From positions 124,001 through 188,000 of the forward strand of contig QPMI01000593.1 of assembly GCA_004431415.1 (NCBI GenBank): a stretch of DNA of 64,000 bases. Reading direction: 5' to 3'. Positions within the stretch are counted from its first letter, which is position 1, and each line of letters starts with the position of its first letter. The notes beneath the pieces are model-generated. The model did no database searches and was not told the DNA's origin. It saw nothing but the letters and a program-made list of their open reading frames with translations. This DNA is from Cyanophora paradoxa CCMP329 (Eukaryota > Plantae > Glaucophyta). Positions 12,701-25,210 of this stretch are shown here, one piece after another. Both the position numbers and the translations under genes were made by a program.

Positions 12701-13405
12701 CCTTCGGGAAAGGCGCGGAGGGCTCCGGGTGCGGGAAGCCCATCTGGTGCAAGCGCGCCAGCGGATCTCCCGCGAGGATAGCCACACGGCGGTCCCCGTC
12801 TGCATCCAAGTCCACGACGGAGAGCGGCCCGAAGGAGAGACCGATCCAGACTCCGAGCGAGACGCCCGGGGCGAGATCGAAGCGGGGGTGGCATTCCCGA
12901 AGCACGGCCGCGCACGCCCCTGCACGTTCGATGAGCCTCGCTGAGATCTCGTCTCCCCCTCCACGCTGCACTGCACGCTCCGCCCAGAGAGCCGTCACAG
13001 TCCCGTGCGAAAGAGCTGCCGAAGGGGGCGGCGGTAAGAAGGCGTCAGATAGTCGGGAAAGACCTCGCCGCACCGTCCAGGGACCAAACGTCCGCGCCCC
13101 ACTGCTGGAGGGTCGAAACGAAGTCTCCGAACAGTGCATTGAGTGCGGCCCGAGCGGCGTCCAGGTGAACGCCACGAGAAAGCTTATCTGCAGGGGCAAA
13201 TGCGTCTAGAGCTGCTGACAAGCCAGGGATCTCGACGTGAAGCACGGCCGCCGCAAGCGCCGCATCGCTACACCAGAACCGCAAGACGGGGCCGCACGTC
13301 AGCCCCGAGTCGAAAGGGCCAGGCAAGAGCTACGCACCACGTGCAGTTCACCTCCAGCTGCCTGCATAAGAGCTGCGGCAAGTGTGCCGCAAGGAGGGGC
13401 GACAT
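6742..13405 (-). CDS. ADCY10/soluble adenylyl cyclase-like protein (two degenerate class III cyclase domains + STAND P-loop NTPase + helical/TPR C-terminus)
   Basis: LAAHLPQLL N-terminus; VLHVEIPGL...LNALFGDFVSTLQQWGADV; GVGTGLV...RRSYGLVGRAVALASRLL; LVGR...LVLVEGPEGSGKTRLLDEL (Walker A); PYGPWRAVFRQLL; ARIRRLAAPEVAALEAAAVAG; YGFRHECVWAAAY...RGELH. Confidence 0.8.
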
Positions 13406-13892
13406 CGGGGCCGATTCGCCGTCGTGCTGTGCACCGCTACAGCGATCTCATGGCCGCTATTTACTTCGCTTTGGGCCACCTAGCGGGTGGCAGCGCGCAC
13501 TGGCCGGCAGCAGGCTGCACGCTAGGGGGGTACGCATGCGCCGCTATTGGCCTCCGGATCCGATGCGCTTGCAAGTTGCACCTGTTGCAAGCTCGTGCCG
13601 AGCACTGCCGATCGAAAAAGCTTTAAGTGGCGATGTCCGTTGCCAAAAGCTTTATGTTGCACTTGAGCTTTCCGGATCCGTCGGCTGAGCTCGAGAAGAT
13701 CGAACCATCGCCCTCTAGATCTCCGTGATTTATGAGCCGCTGCTCAGCGTCTGCTGATTATCAAAGTATGAAACTGCTCGTATTGTGCAAATTCGTAACC
13801 TACAACTCCCCTCGCAGAAAAAAAAGCGGGGAGCACTAATAGCTACAGATCTAGACGCGCGGGCATTGGAAAAAAAGAGGGAGGGGCGCAGG

Positions 13893-16800
13893 TTAGCGGC
13901 CGGCGGGGGTGGGCGGCGTGACGATGAGGCCCGGCACCCCGGGCCCCGTCCCCACCAGGCCGAGGACGGAGGCCCGGCGGTGGCCCCGGGTCCGCGCCGC
14001 GCTCCCGGCCCCCGGCTCGCCGCCCGTGCTCTTGCGGCGAGCGCGCGAGGCGGCCGGCCGGGGCTCCATGAGCGGGATGCGGGGCACCGCCAGCAGGCCC
14101 TGCGGCGCCCTCGCCGAGTCAGTGGGCGACTCCCGAGGGCGGGCGCGGCGGGCCCCGCGGCTCGCCTTGTCGTCCGCGTGGCGGTGCGAGGGCTCCGTCG
14201 AGTACTCGTACCCCCCCTCGCCGTCGCCCCCGGGGGGCCCCTCGGCCTGGATCGACGGCACCAGCGGCGCCGGCGGCCTCTCGTCGCGGTCGGGCACGTA
14301 GGCGCCCGACGTCACGCGCGACGCCGCCTCCGCCAGCCCCGCGATCGCCGAGAGCTGTACCCCCCGGCTCAGTCAGTTGGGGGGGGGGGTGAAGCGGGGC
14401 GGGGCGGAGGGCACCGAGGAGGAGAGGTTGAGGAAGCCCATGGCGTCGGTGGCGGCGGAGGCGCCCCCGCCCCCGCCCGAGTCAAGCGAGAGCCGAGGCA
14501 CGAAGGGGGCCCCCGCGCTCGGCCCCGCCCCCGCCGCCGCGATGTCGATGACCTGCGTGCGGCGGTCGGGCGAAAGCTGAAGCAGACTGCTGAACCGCTT
14601 CCCCGAAGGCGGGGGCGGGGGCGGGGGCGGCGCACGGTCTTGGTGCCGGAGGAGTGGGCGGCCCGCAGGAGGCGTCCCAGCACGTCGGACGGGTTCGCCG
14701 CGGGCGCCGGCGAGGGCGCCGGCGAGGGCGAGGGCGAGGGCGCCGCGGAGGGGGCCCGGGGCGGGAGGAGGCCCTGGAAGGAGGCGGAGGAGCCCGGAAG
14801 GGGCGGCGGGCTGGCGGCGGAGGAGGACGAGGAGGAGGCTTCGGCTTCGACGGCGGGGGCGGGGCCGGGCGGCGGCGGGCGGCGCCGGCGGCGAAGGCAG
14901 CGAGCTCGAGCAGGTCGGCGGGGGTGGGGCCTCCAGCGCGGCCGCCGCGACCGCCGCCGGGTCGCTGCTGCTGCGCGGCACGCCCCGCGCCCGCCGCGTG
15001 GAGCGGTGCGAGCGCGACCGGGAGCGCTGGGAGCGCCGGGAGCGGCCCGAGCGGCCCGAGCGGACGGAGCGGGTGCCCTCGGAGGCGGCGGCCGCGGCCG
15101 CCCCGGCTCGACCGAGGAGGCCCGCGAGGAGGCGGCCGAGGAGGCGGCCGAGGAGGGGTACGAGGATCCGTCGGACTCGAGGCCCGAGTCCCAGCCGGAG
15201 CCGGCCAGCCGCTCCCGCCGCGCCGCGAGCTCCCCCTCGATGTCCCCGAACGACCGCCGCCGCGCCGGCGCCCGCGCCGGGCCCTTCCCTCCGCCTTCTC
15301 GCCGGCGCCCTCCGCGGGCTGGGCCCCGGACCTCGCGGCAGCGGCGCCGGCGGCCCGCGCCCGGCCGGCGATCTTCACGCCGAGCATGACGGAGAAGGCC
15401 ACGCCGGGCAGGCTCTTAGAGGGCGGCGGGAGGGACCGCCGCCGGGCCGCCGGGTCCGCCGCCGGGGGCGCCGCCGCCGGCGCAGGCTTGGCGCCTGCCT
15501 CCGCTTTGCCTCGGGCGCGGCGCCTTCGGCCGCCAGAGAGGCGCGGCGCCGCTCGCGGCGGCGGCGGCGCGCCTCGTCCTCGTCGTCGCCCTCGGCGGCG
15601 CCTGAGCCGCCGCGGGAGCGGAGGGCGGCGGTCGCCTGCAGGAGCGGCCGGAGCATCTTGAGGGTCGCGAAGGCCGACTCGGGGAGGGAGATGTGGTCCG
15701 AGTAGGGGCTCGACTGGAGGTCGGGCTTGGGGACGACGAGGCCGGCGCCAGAGAGGCCGGCGGGCCCCGCGGAGGAGGAGGAGAGGGAGGCCGAGGCGGC
15801 GGAGGCCGAGGCGAGGGAGCGCGAGCCCGTGTTCTTCGACGAGTCGAAGTGCACCTGCGAAGGCGTCAGTGCGGGCGGCAGGCGGGGCGGGGGGCGGGGC
15901 GGCGGGCGGCCGCGCCTGCTTGGAGGGGCTGCGGGGCGGGCTGTCCCTGTCCCTGGGGGACGAAGGGCCGTCGCCGCGGGCCTCCTGCACCGAGAGGCGG
16001 TGCCGGGTGGCGAGCCGGGAGGGCGACGCGTGCTCCTCCTCCTCGGGCGCCGGCCCCGGCGGCGAGGGCGGCCGCGTCGTCGAGGGCGACGTGATGACGG
16101 GCGCCCGGAAGGGGCAGGGGGCGGCCGGGGGGCGGCACGGGCTGGCGGCGAGCGGGGGCAGCGGGGAGCCCCGGAGCGGGGGCGAGTCGGAGGGCTCGGG
16201 GTGCGCGAGGGCGGGGAGGGGCGGGGAGCCCGGCAGCGGGGTGAGGGTCTGGATGGCGAGCCGCGGGCTGCCGAGGGGGCTCGGCCCCACGGGCGAGTGC
16301 GACGGGGAGCGCCGCTCGAGGGCGAAGGGAACGGAGGCGTCCAGGCTGCCGCGGCGGCGGGCCAGGGCCGGGGAGCCGGCGACGCGGGTGACTGCGGGTC
16401 CCAGGCCCAGGGCCGGGGACGGGGACGGGGACGGGGCCGGCGGGGCGGCGGGGCGGGGCAGGAGGGGCTGCACGGCGGGGGAGGGGACCTGTAGCTGGAG
16501 GGCCGAGATGGTGTCCGAGGAGGGCCGCCGCCCCAGCGCCGACGCCGCCGCCGCCGCCGTTATCGCCGGCTGCGGGGGCGGCCTTGGGTTCGAGGAGGAG
16601 GAGGACGAGGAGGCGGTGGCGGAGCCGCGCGCGGGGCCGAGGGCGCCGAGGGAGGACGGCGGGGTCGGCTGCGGCAGGGAGGGCGGCGTCGCCGACCCGA
16701 TGGAGGAGTGCGACTGCGGCGCCTGCAGCGCCGGCAGGTTGCGCGGCCGCGCCGGCGCAGCCGGCTCGCCGCCGGGGCCCGGGCGGGCGGAGTAGGGGAC

Positions 16801-18117
16801 GGCGGGTCGCGCTCGGTGAGGGGCGAGGCGGCGGCGAGGGCGGCGACCGCTGCGAGGACCTCGCTGTTCCGCCTGCGGTAATCGGGCACCGGCAGCTCGT
16901 CCCGCTCCCGCCCCTCGAAGCGCGCCTCCGGCGCCGGCGCCGGGCCCGGCGCGCCGGCGTCGAGCTTCGGGGACGGCGGCTCCTGCAGCACAGTCGCCAG
17001 CGAGCGCCGTCGCTGCCGCGCCTCCTCCGGCGGCGCCGGCCCGCTCGCTTGGAACGAGCTCCCGAGGCCGGCCCCCCCGGGGCGGGGCGCGGCCGTGGGG
17101 CGGGACGGCTGCGGCCCCGGCTGGACGTTGACGTTGATCGCTAGCGTCCTGTGCACGCTGCGGGGCCGGGGAAAGGAAGGGGAAAGGTGTTAGAAAGGGA
17201 AGAAAGCCGTAGCTATCTCGTTCGCACCGGCGACGGTCGACCAGTTGATCGGAGGCCGTCCCCGCTAAGTGGGACTCGTCGACGGGGGCGGGCGGGTCCA
17301 GGCTGCGGGCCGGCGGCGCTTGCTACGAGGATACGCGCCCTAGGAGAACAGCGCTCGGGCGACGCACCTGGGACTGCTCCCCAGCCACGCGGTGATGCGG
17401 CGGCGATCCGAGGTCTCGTCGCAGCTGTTGGCGCGCCGGAAGTCGAGCGCGGCTGCGGGCCGCCCAGGCTCGTCTTCGTCGGTCACTGTGTAGCCTGCAT
17501 CGTCGCCGGCGCCATCGTCTCCGTCCCTAGTGTAGTCGTGCAGGACGATCCTGCCCTTCAAGGAAACCTTCGGCAGCCGAGACGGCGTTGACAGGGTCGG
17601 CGGCGAAGGGGGCGTTGGCAAGGTATGCCTGATAGGTCGCAGGAGCGAGGCTTCAGAGCCCGGACCAGCCCGGCTGCGACAAGGGGGGCCTTCACTATAC
17701 CTTCGCCCGATCGTGGTGCTGGAGCCTTCGCCAGGGACCTGTGCGCCTCCCTGGTTAGTCGGGCGCACTAGATATGTCTGAGTGCCGGCCTCACCGGGTC
17801 GTGGGGCTCGCTGATGACCCGCCTAACGCTCTTTGGCCGCGGCACGCCGCGCCCGCCCGCAGCTCCCGCGGGCGAGGCAGTCTCCATCATCGATCGCTGC
17901 TACTCACTGCATACGTGCGGCTTGTACGCTTCCCACTGTACCGCTCTCGGCTGGACAGCAAGCTGGGATGAGCAAGCTTGCGACTGACTACTTCTGATCT
18001 TGTAAGCTGTTACTGCTTCTTCTTGCTCTTCAAGCCAGTGGGCCAGACTCGCCTGGGAGTCCGACCTCCGCTGGCCACGCGTCTCGAGCTCTGAGAGGGC
18101 GTACCCCGTGTCGCCAT
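13893..18117 (-). CDS. Large Ser/Pro/Arg-rich, probably disordered hypothetical protein (ends uncertain)
   Basis: Coding-biased segments (LKGRIVLHDYTRD, RTLAINVNVQP, YSDHISLPESAFATLKMLRPLLQ, RRASVLGLVG...TPPTPAGR*) with intron-like gaps and many RRxS motifs; no domain recognised. Confidence 0.5.
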
Positions 18118-18426
18118 AGAGAAACCTTGAGCTCACAGCTAGCACACCGAGCACAGCGCGGCTAACCGCAGCATCTGCACCGCGTCCTTACGGCTGTGAG
18201 CGACACTCTGGTGTCAGCCCGAGTGGATGCGTCACGCTTGCGCGTGACGACGGCAGCTGCTGAGCAGCGTTCTTGACACCGCCGCGCGAGCAAAGACCGC
18301 CGCAGAAGCAGCGGCAGTGCCGGCGCCGACTTTCGCCGCCAGCTTCGCCGCCCGCGCCGGCTGCGGCGTCTGGCTGGAGACCAGCACGCGCGCCGCGCTG
18401 CTCGAGGGCGCCGATCTCGCCGGGTG

Positions 18427-20192
18427 ATGGCGGCGGGTATCGCAGGCCCGAGCGCCGCCCCCGCAGCTGGAGCTCACCAGCGCCGGCGCCGCGAGGTCCT
18501 CGCGGGGTCCGTTTCAGGCGCAATCACGCGGATGTGTGTGGCGCCGCTGGTGAGCGCCTTGTATTGCTCATTGTGGAGCGCCATTAGACCGCGTCCAGAG
18601 GCTGGGACTCATCGAGAGAGCGCAGGATGTCGTGAAGATTAGCATGCAGCTCAACCCCGATAAGGACCGCTGCTTCGTCTCGACTTCCAAGCGCATCTAC
18701 CGCGGAGGTGCAGCGCGCGCGCGCGCCTCTTTTCGCGCCTCGAAGCCCCTCCGCCTCAAATCTCCCGCGTCCAGGCGGCATCGTGTCCTTCTGGACGGGA
18801 AATCTCGCGGCAGAGTACCTATGGGCGTGTGCGCGCGTGCCGCCCTCCCCCGTCCCACTCCAGATGCCGCTGATGCCCGCCGCCCGCGCAGCGTACGCCG
18901 CTGTTCAGTTTGTGGTTTACAGCGAGCTGAAAACGACCGTCGATGTGCGCCCTTGCCCCGCCCCGCCCGGCCCGGCCCGGCCCGGCCCGGCCCGCCCGCT
19001 TGGGCCCGGCCCGCCTTTCGCTCACCAGTCCGAGCAGCGGATGCTACCCGCCGACTCGCGCTTCAAGCCGGCCGAGGCCCTCGTCTGCGGGGCCCTGGCC
19101 GGCGCCGTCGCCACCGCAGCCACGGTCCGCTTCGCCCCCCGCGCCCTGCCCGCGCCCGGTTCGCGCGTCGAGCGGGGAGCGCGTACGCAGTACCCCCTGG
19201 ACCTCGTCCGCACGCGGCTCGCCCGGCAGGCGGGCGACCTGCAGCGCCTCCAAAGCGTGCGCCCGGCCGGCCCCCGCCCCCGCCCCCGCCCCTCCCTCTC
19301 CTCCTCTCCGCGCGAGCGCCGCGCGCGCGCAGTCCGCGGCGCGCCCGACGTTCCGCCGGGTGTTCGAGGAGGTGAGGAGGGAGGGCCCCTGGATGCGCGG
19401 TTTCTTCCGCGGGCTCGCCCCGGCCCTCGGCCAGGTCCCCCATCCCTCCCCCCCTTCCCCCCCCCCCCCCCTCTCCCCCCTTCCCCCCGCTCTGACGCCG
19501 GGCCCGGGCAGATCGTACCCAGCGTCGCCCTCCACTTCTCGATATACGAGTCCATGAGGGCGGCCCTGGAAGCGGTAACCCCACACGCCCCGTCGGCGCC
19601 GCTTCGCCCTGCCCCACTGAGCCGCGGGGCCCCGGGCAGGCGGGGGGCGAGCGCAGCCGCGCCCTCGACAGCTCGTTCGCCGGCGCCGTCGCGGGGGCCA
19701 CCGCTAAGGCTGTCACGTACCCCTTCGACCTGGTGCTCATGTATCCCCCTCCGGCGCGCGCGCCGGCTCACGCTGGGACAGGTGAAGCGGCGCATGCAGG
19801 TGGAGTGGTCCTCGGCTGCCGTACCCGGGGCGGTTCGCCGTACCCGCAGCAGACTTCTTCGTCTTCTCTGACTCAGTGAGCCCGTCGCAGGCCGGCGGCG
19901 GGGGTACCGTCGCCTCGCGCATGCTCGCGATCGTGAGGGCCGAGGGCCCCCGGGGCCTCTTCCGGGGCCTGACCCCCGCCCTTGCGGTGCACGCCCTTTC
20001 CCCTTCGGGCCTCGCCCCCCGCGCCGCCTGTGGGCTCAGGCGCGGCGCGCGCAGAAAAGCGCGCTGGCGACGGGCCTGACCTTCTGCGTGCACGACGCCG
20101 TGTCCACCCTCCTCGTGAGCTGGGACGACCCGGCTGCAGCTGGCCGCGACGAACTGCAAGGGACATCGACATCGACAGCCCGCGGCCGGTGA
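18427..20192 (+). CDS. SLC25A19: Mitochondrial carrier family protein, thiamine pyrophosphate carrier-like (SLC25A19/TPC1)
   Basis: Three PxDxx(K/R) repeats (APL/DVVKISMQ, YPLDLVRTRL, YPFDL/VKRRMQ). VLAGSVSGAITR, SFWTGNLAAEYL..YAAVQF and KSALATGLTF match my recollection of the TPC subfamily. Confidence 0.8.
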
Positions 20193-21045
20193 CGCCGACG
20201 CGCATCGATATCCTTCCCAACGCTGCCGATGCGCGTGCGCGTTGCGCGATGCGGGCATATAGAGGCCTTCGGGCCTAGGCCTTCGGGCCGAGGGACAAGT
20301 AGCTGGCCGCCGTGCCACGGTGCCTACAGCTAGCTAGCCATGTAGCTACTAGGCTACTAGGCTACGTATACAGTCCCTTGGATTCCAGAACCTTGCCCGG
20401 ATCCGGATCGACCGGGCAACCGCAGCACAGTACAGGACAGCCGATGACTTCGTAATGCAGTAGGAGTCGACGCTAGTAAATAGCTGCACTGCGGCAGGAA
20501 ACGACCGTCGGACGTTGACGTCTGTCCCGTGGCCCAGCAGCTATAAACGTGCACGTTCGCAGAAGCCCGGCCCCAGCCTGGCAGAGGCCGGGCCCAGGAG
20601 GGACTGCACTGGCAGCTACCATGCCGGCGCCCACGGCCAGCTGCAGCTGAAGCCAGCTGCGCATGCAGGCGGCGGCACTGCGGCAGGCCACGCGCACGCT
20701 AGCGCTCAGCGGCTCCTAGGCAAGCCTGCCGCCGCTGCCGGCGCCACCCAGGCCCCCGAATTCGAAGGCGCCGCTGCTGCTGTGGAGAGGCCAGTTCGCT
20801 TAATTATAAGAGGGAACTTCGCGGAAGCGCTCTGAATTAATATTCAAAACGCCCACGAAAGGGGCTCTACTGGCTCAGGGCCCAGGCCTGCCTAGGACGA
20901 CGAGCCTAGCTAGCTGCAGCCTGCAGCTGCAGCCCGCAGCCGAGTTTCCTTTCACGAAACACGCGCGCAAGCTGGGTCAGTTCGCTGAAGAGGAAAACGC
21001 TCGGAAACGCCCACGCAAAGGGGCCCCGGCAGGGGAAAAGGCAAA

Positions 21046-21118
21046 CGCTCCTGCCTGGGCTCGAACCAGGGACCTTTCGGTTAACAGCCGAACGCTCTAC
21101 CGGCTGAGCCACAAGAGC
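21046..21118 (-). tRNA. tRNA-Asn (GTT)
   Basis: 73-nt cloverleaf GCTCTTG...TTCGG-CTGTTAA-CCGAA...CCTGG-TTCGAGC-CCAGG-CAGGAGC-G; intact A and B boxes. Confidence 0.96.
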
Positions 21119-21451
21119 TTGAAAAATTCGCGATCCCGTCAGGGTCCGCGTCCGGTCGCCGGCCCAGGCCGCACAACCGATCGCGCCGGCGCGCGCCGCG
21201 GCCGGCGCCGCTCGCGGCCGCGCCGCGCGGCGGTTGATCATGAGCGGCTCTCCTAGGCATGCCGCGGGCCGCAGAGCGGCGCAGACTGCCCGCAGCTGCA
21301 GAGTCACCCCTTAAGCTCAAGCGCTAGCTAGCTAGCTAGCTATAGCCTAGCTATAGTACTGCGCGCGGCCCGCGGCCGCGGGATCCCTGAGCGGGCCGGG
21401 CCCGGGGCGAAAAGGGCGAATTCGAGAGGGCGGAGGGGAGAAAGGGGCAAA

Positions 21452-21524
21452 CGCTCCTGCCTGGGCTCGAACCAGGGACCTTTCGGTTAACAGCCGAACG
21501 CTCTACCGGCTGAGCCACAAGAGC
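21452..21524 (-). tRNA. tRNA-Asn (GTT)
   Basis: Identical copy, offset 406 bp from the previous one. Confidence 0.96.
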
Positions 21525-22198
21525 TTGAAAAATTCGCGATCCCGTCAGGGTCCGGGTCCGGTCGCCGGCCCAGGCCGCACAACCGATCGCGCCGGCGCCT
21601 CGGCTGCGCGCCGGCCGTTGAGCGAGTAGCTCAGCTCAACTGTTTACATGCCACCTCTCCTTCTGGCTTGTGCGCTCGCGTGCTGCCAGCTCGCGCTCCG
21701 AAATGTTGAGCTCGACTCTCGACAGCAGCTTTCGGGGCGGGGGGTCAAGGTCATCTCCTAAACGACGCAACCGACGACGCGCGGCCGGCAGTAGCTTTCG
21801 TTAGATAGCATCCGAATAGCAGCGATGCGGTTGCCGGGGCTGTCGGAGCCGGCCCCATCGCCGCCTGTCGTTAACACCGACATGCAAGTGATCACCGGCC
21901 AGCAGCCTTTACAGGATCCTGCGCATCACAAATACATTATAAACAGAGAGTTCGTCGCGCACGCCTTGCCGCCGCCCCGCTCGGACAAAACGCTGACGAG
22001 CCGCGGCCCAGGGCCTCCCAGTTTCCCGAGGGCGCAGTCGCGCTGCCGAAGCCGCCTCCCGGCAGCAGTCCGGCTCCAGTCCCAACTATCGGTCCTTTAG
22101 GTTCGCCGCGGGTGCCCGCGCTCGTTTGCTCTCGCTTCTAACGCCTTCGAACCAGCGCCAACGAAGAATCACAAGAAGGGGTGGGCGCCGCACCTTAA

Positions 22199-25100
22199 AT
22201 GGGATCCACGTGCGTTCCGTGTGTAGAAGCTCGCGATAGGCGCACGCGGCCAGAAGTCTCGCAGCCCAGTCGCGAGTTTTGCAGGCTGCCGACCGCTGAC
22301 CGAAACGCAGTCGGAGTGAATATCACGCGCTACAACCTGAATTGGCTCTTTACATGGTTCGCGCCGCCACGCTGGCGCCGCCCCCGGCGCCTCGCGGATT
22401 TGATCCGCCCTGAGCGCTCCCCGGCAGGGCCTTCCTCCAAATCTGGACCGGCACGGGTGCGAGGAGTTTGCACCGGTTTTCAATCCCTGTTGCCGTGCCG
22501 ACGGAACCGCCGCGCGCAGTCTTCAACGCGAGGATTATCGTCCAGGTGTTGCTCTCCTGCGGCATAGCCACCATCTTCGGCTACTTCAGGCACTCCTTTT
22601 TTCTCGCGCGCGGGGCGTGGGATCGTCTCGGCTCAGCTTTCACCGCCGCAGGTGCGACCCGGCGAAGTCGGACTGGACTAAGTTCGACAAGAGCGGCCCG
22701 ACTGTGGCGCAGGCGGACTGGCAGATCTGCATCCCGTGAGCGCCCGCTCCCCTTCTCTCTTCCTTCCGCCGCTCGCTCACGCTCGCGCAGGCTCGCCAAC
22801 GGCGAGGCGCTCCTCCTCTCCAGCGTCGTCGCCTTCCTCGTCCGCTCTCGCCCGCTCCTCCTAACGATCCGCGCCCGCCTCCTCATACCCGCCCAGATCG
22901 GCATGTTCGTGTCGCTGGTGTTCAGCCGCTGGTGGCAGAACCGGCAGCTCCTCCAGGTCCGAGAGAGCGGCGCAGGGGGGCGTGGCGGCGGTCCGAGCCG
23001 GCTCGTCCCGCCCGCGCGCAGGGGATCATCGGGCGCACGGGCAACTTCACGCTCCAGGTGGCCACGTACATCGTCGGCGACGACGACGCCACCCGCCGCG
23101 CCCGGTCCGCCCCGCCCGGGGCAGGCAGGCAGGGAGGGGCGGCGCGGGGGCGGCCCCTCGCAGCCTTCAAGCGAAGCGATGCCGGCGGGGGCTTAGGCGG
23201 AGCCGGCCTAGCCCTAGACGCCCTCACCTCGCCCCGCCCCGCGCCCCGCCTGACGCCGCCCCTGCAGGTACAACATCATCCGGTACGCGAACCTGGCGCA
23301 CGTGCTGGTGTACAAGCAGGCCGGCCTCGAGGCGGACCTGAACCCCGACCAGCTCGACGCCCACTACGACGTGCGCCCCGCCGCCCCGCTTTGTTCGCTT
23401 CTTCGCCTCCGCTTGCTGTCGTCCCTATCTTTTCTTTGTAGGATATCTTAAGACGAGTAGGCTCTTAACTGAGTTTATCTCAGCTTAGCTCGATGCCCGC
23501 CCGCCCCGACCCCGCTAGACTGCTCGGCTGCGCGCCGGACTGCCTGGCGCTGCCTTCGCTCGCTTCTGACGCGGGGGACGGGCCTCAGGATCTGGTGAAC
23601 GGTCAGCTGCAGCTCATGAGCCCCGAGGAGTGGAAGATCCTCGTGCGTACCCCCCTCCCGCTCGCCCGCCCGCCCACCCCCCGCTTCCGGGCGTGACGCC
23701 GCTGCCTCGCCCCCCGCAGAAGCCCCTCCCGAACAAGTGGCAGATGGGTGCGGGCCGCCATCTGGCCGGCCGGCCGCCCGGGCCGTGCCCCCGCCCCGCC
23801 CCGCCGCTCACGCCGCCGCGGCAGTCTACAGCTGGGTCGCGTGCCTTGTCCGCGACTGCGCTGCCACGGGCCGCATGGTGCGCGGGGGCCGCCAGCCAGC
23901 CAGCCAGCCGGAAGCCAGACCGGCGCCCTCTGAAGCATGCATGCTTCCCCGCAGGTCTTCCCCTCGACGATGCTTCCCAACTTCCAGATCGATCTGACCA
24001 CCATGCGCGGGAGCGCGGGGGTGCGCCTCCGCCCCCGCCCGCCCCGTCCCGCCCCGCCTCGCCTCGTCCCGTTCCGTCTCGGCCTCCACTGAGTGCTTCG
24101 TTCGCCCTCAGGACATCTTCATGGTCCTGCACACGCAGGTCCCCTACGCCTACGGTGCGCCCCGCTTCGCTCCGCCACGCCCCGCCCCGCCCCTCTGCCT
24201 TCCTCGTTCGCCGCGCCGACGCCGCCGACGCCCGCCCCGCCGCGCAGTGCACCTCCTCACCATCATCGTGAAGATGTCCGCACGCCCGCACGCCGCGCGC
24301 CGCCCGCTGCCGGCTGCGCGGGGCCCGGGCGAGCGTTCGCCTTGGTGCGCAGGCACCTGGTCTTCATCACGCTGTACGCCTCGACGGTGCTCGGCGTCGG
24401 GTTCCAGCAGAAGCAGGGCGAGCGCATCATCATGGGTCCGCCCCGCCCCGCCCCCCTCCCCCTCCCCCCCCCCCCCCCCCCCCCCCCCGCCCACGTCCCA
24501 TGTCACGCAGGGTACCTTATCCTCTTCTTCAACATGCTCATCTACGAGGCGAGCCCCGCGCGCGCGCGTACCCCGCCCCGCGGCGCCGCGCTGACGTACC
24601 CCGGCCCCCCGCAGGGCCTGCTCTCCATCGCCGACGAGCTCGACAACCCCTTCGGCGGCGACTACGGCGACTTCCCCAAGTACCCCCATCCCTTCCCCCC
24701 CCCCACCCCTCCCCCGCCTGACGCCCGTTCCCTCCTCCCAGGGGCAACTACATCAAGAACCTCCTGGCGGTCACCAAGTCGCAGCTCGACATCATCGGGA
24801 AGTGCGTACCCCCGGCTCGGGAACCCCCCCCCGGACGCCCCGGGCCGGCCGCTGACGAGGCGGCCGCGCTCAGGCCCCCCCCGGCGGTGACGGAGCTGCA
24901 GCGGAGCCCGCCGCCGGCCGTGCCCTCGCTCCTGGACGAGGCCTGCAAGCTCGCCCCTACGCAGGAGGTGCGGGCCTCGGGGGCGGCGGCGCCCCCGCCG
25001 GCCCCGCTGCTCGCCGCCTCGTCGGCGGGGCTCCCGCCGGGGGCCGGCAACCTCTACGCCTCGCCGGTCATGTACGAGTCCAGCGGGGCTCTCTTCCCCG

Positions 25101-25210
25101 CCGTACCCGGGGACCTCTACTCGGGCCCCTCCCCCAAGGAGGGAGGCCCCGCCGTGAACGGTGCGCGGGGTCGCCGCGCCTGTCCCGCCTCCTTCTTCTT
25201 CTTCTTCTAA
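22199..25210 (+). CDS. Bestrophin family anion channel, many small exons (3' end approximate)
   Basis: IGMFVSLVFSRWWQNR, IIRYANLAHVLVYK, VLHTQVPYAY/VHLLTIIV and GLLSIADELDNPFGGDYGDFP are bestrophin motifs. Confidence 0.9.

Larger units (their letters stand above)
20889..21608 (-). repeat. Left arm of a ~720 bp inverted repeat carrying two tRNA-Asn genes
   Basis: Reverse complement of 31661-32378; the inter-tRNA segments checked by eye are identical, while the outer ~150 bp has diverged. Confidence 0.95.

Noticed and set aside
18050-18170. Possible TPP riboswitch upstream of the TPP carrier gene (ctgaga...tacccc...aaacct)
   Set aside because: It lacks the conserved CCUGAU...UAAU..C.GCG.AGGGA half of the aptamer and probably overlaps coding sequence on the other strand. 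An Infernal search with the TPP covariance model would settle it.
20906-21307. Repeated ORFs containing QALVAQPVERSAVNRKVPGSSPGRS (also at 31620 and 31960)
   Set aside because: These are translations of the tRNA-Asn repeat, not proteins
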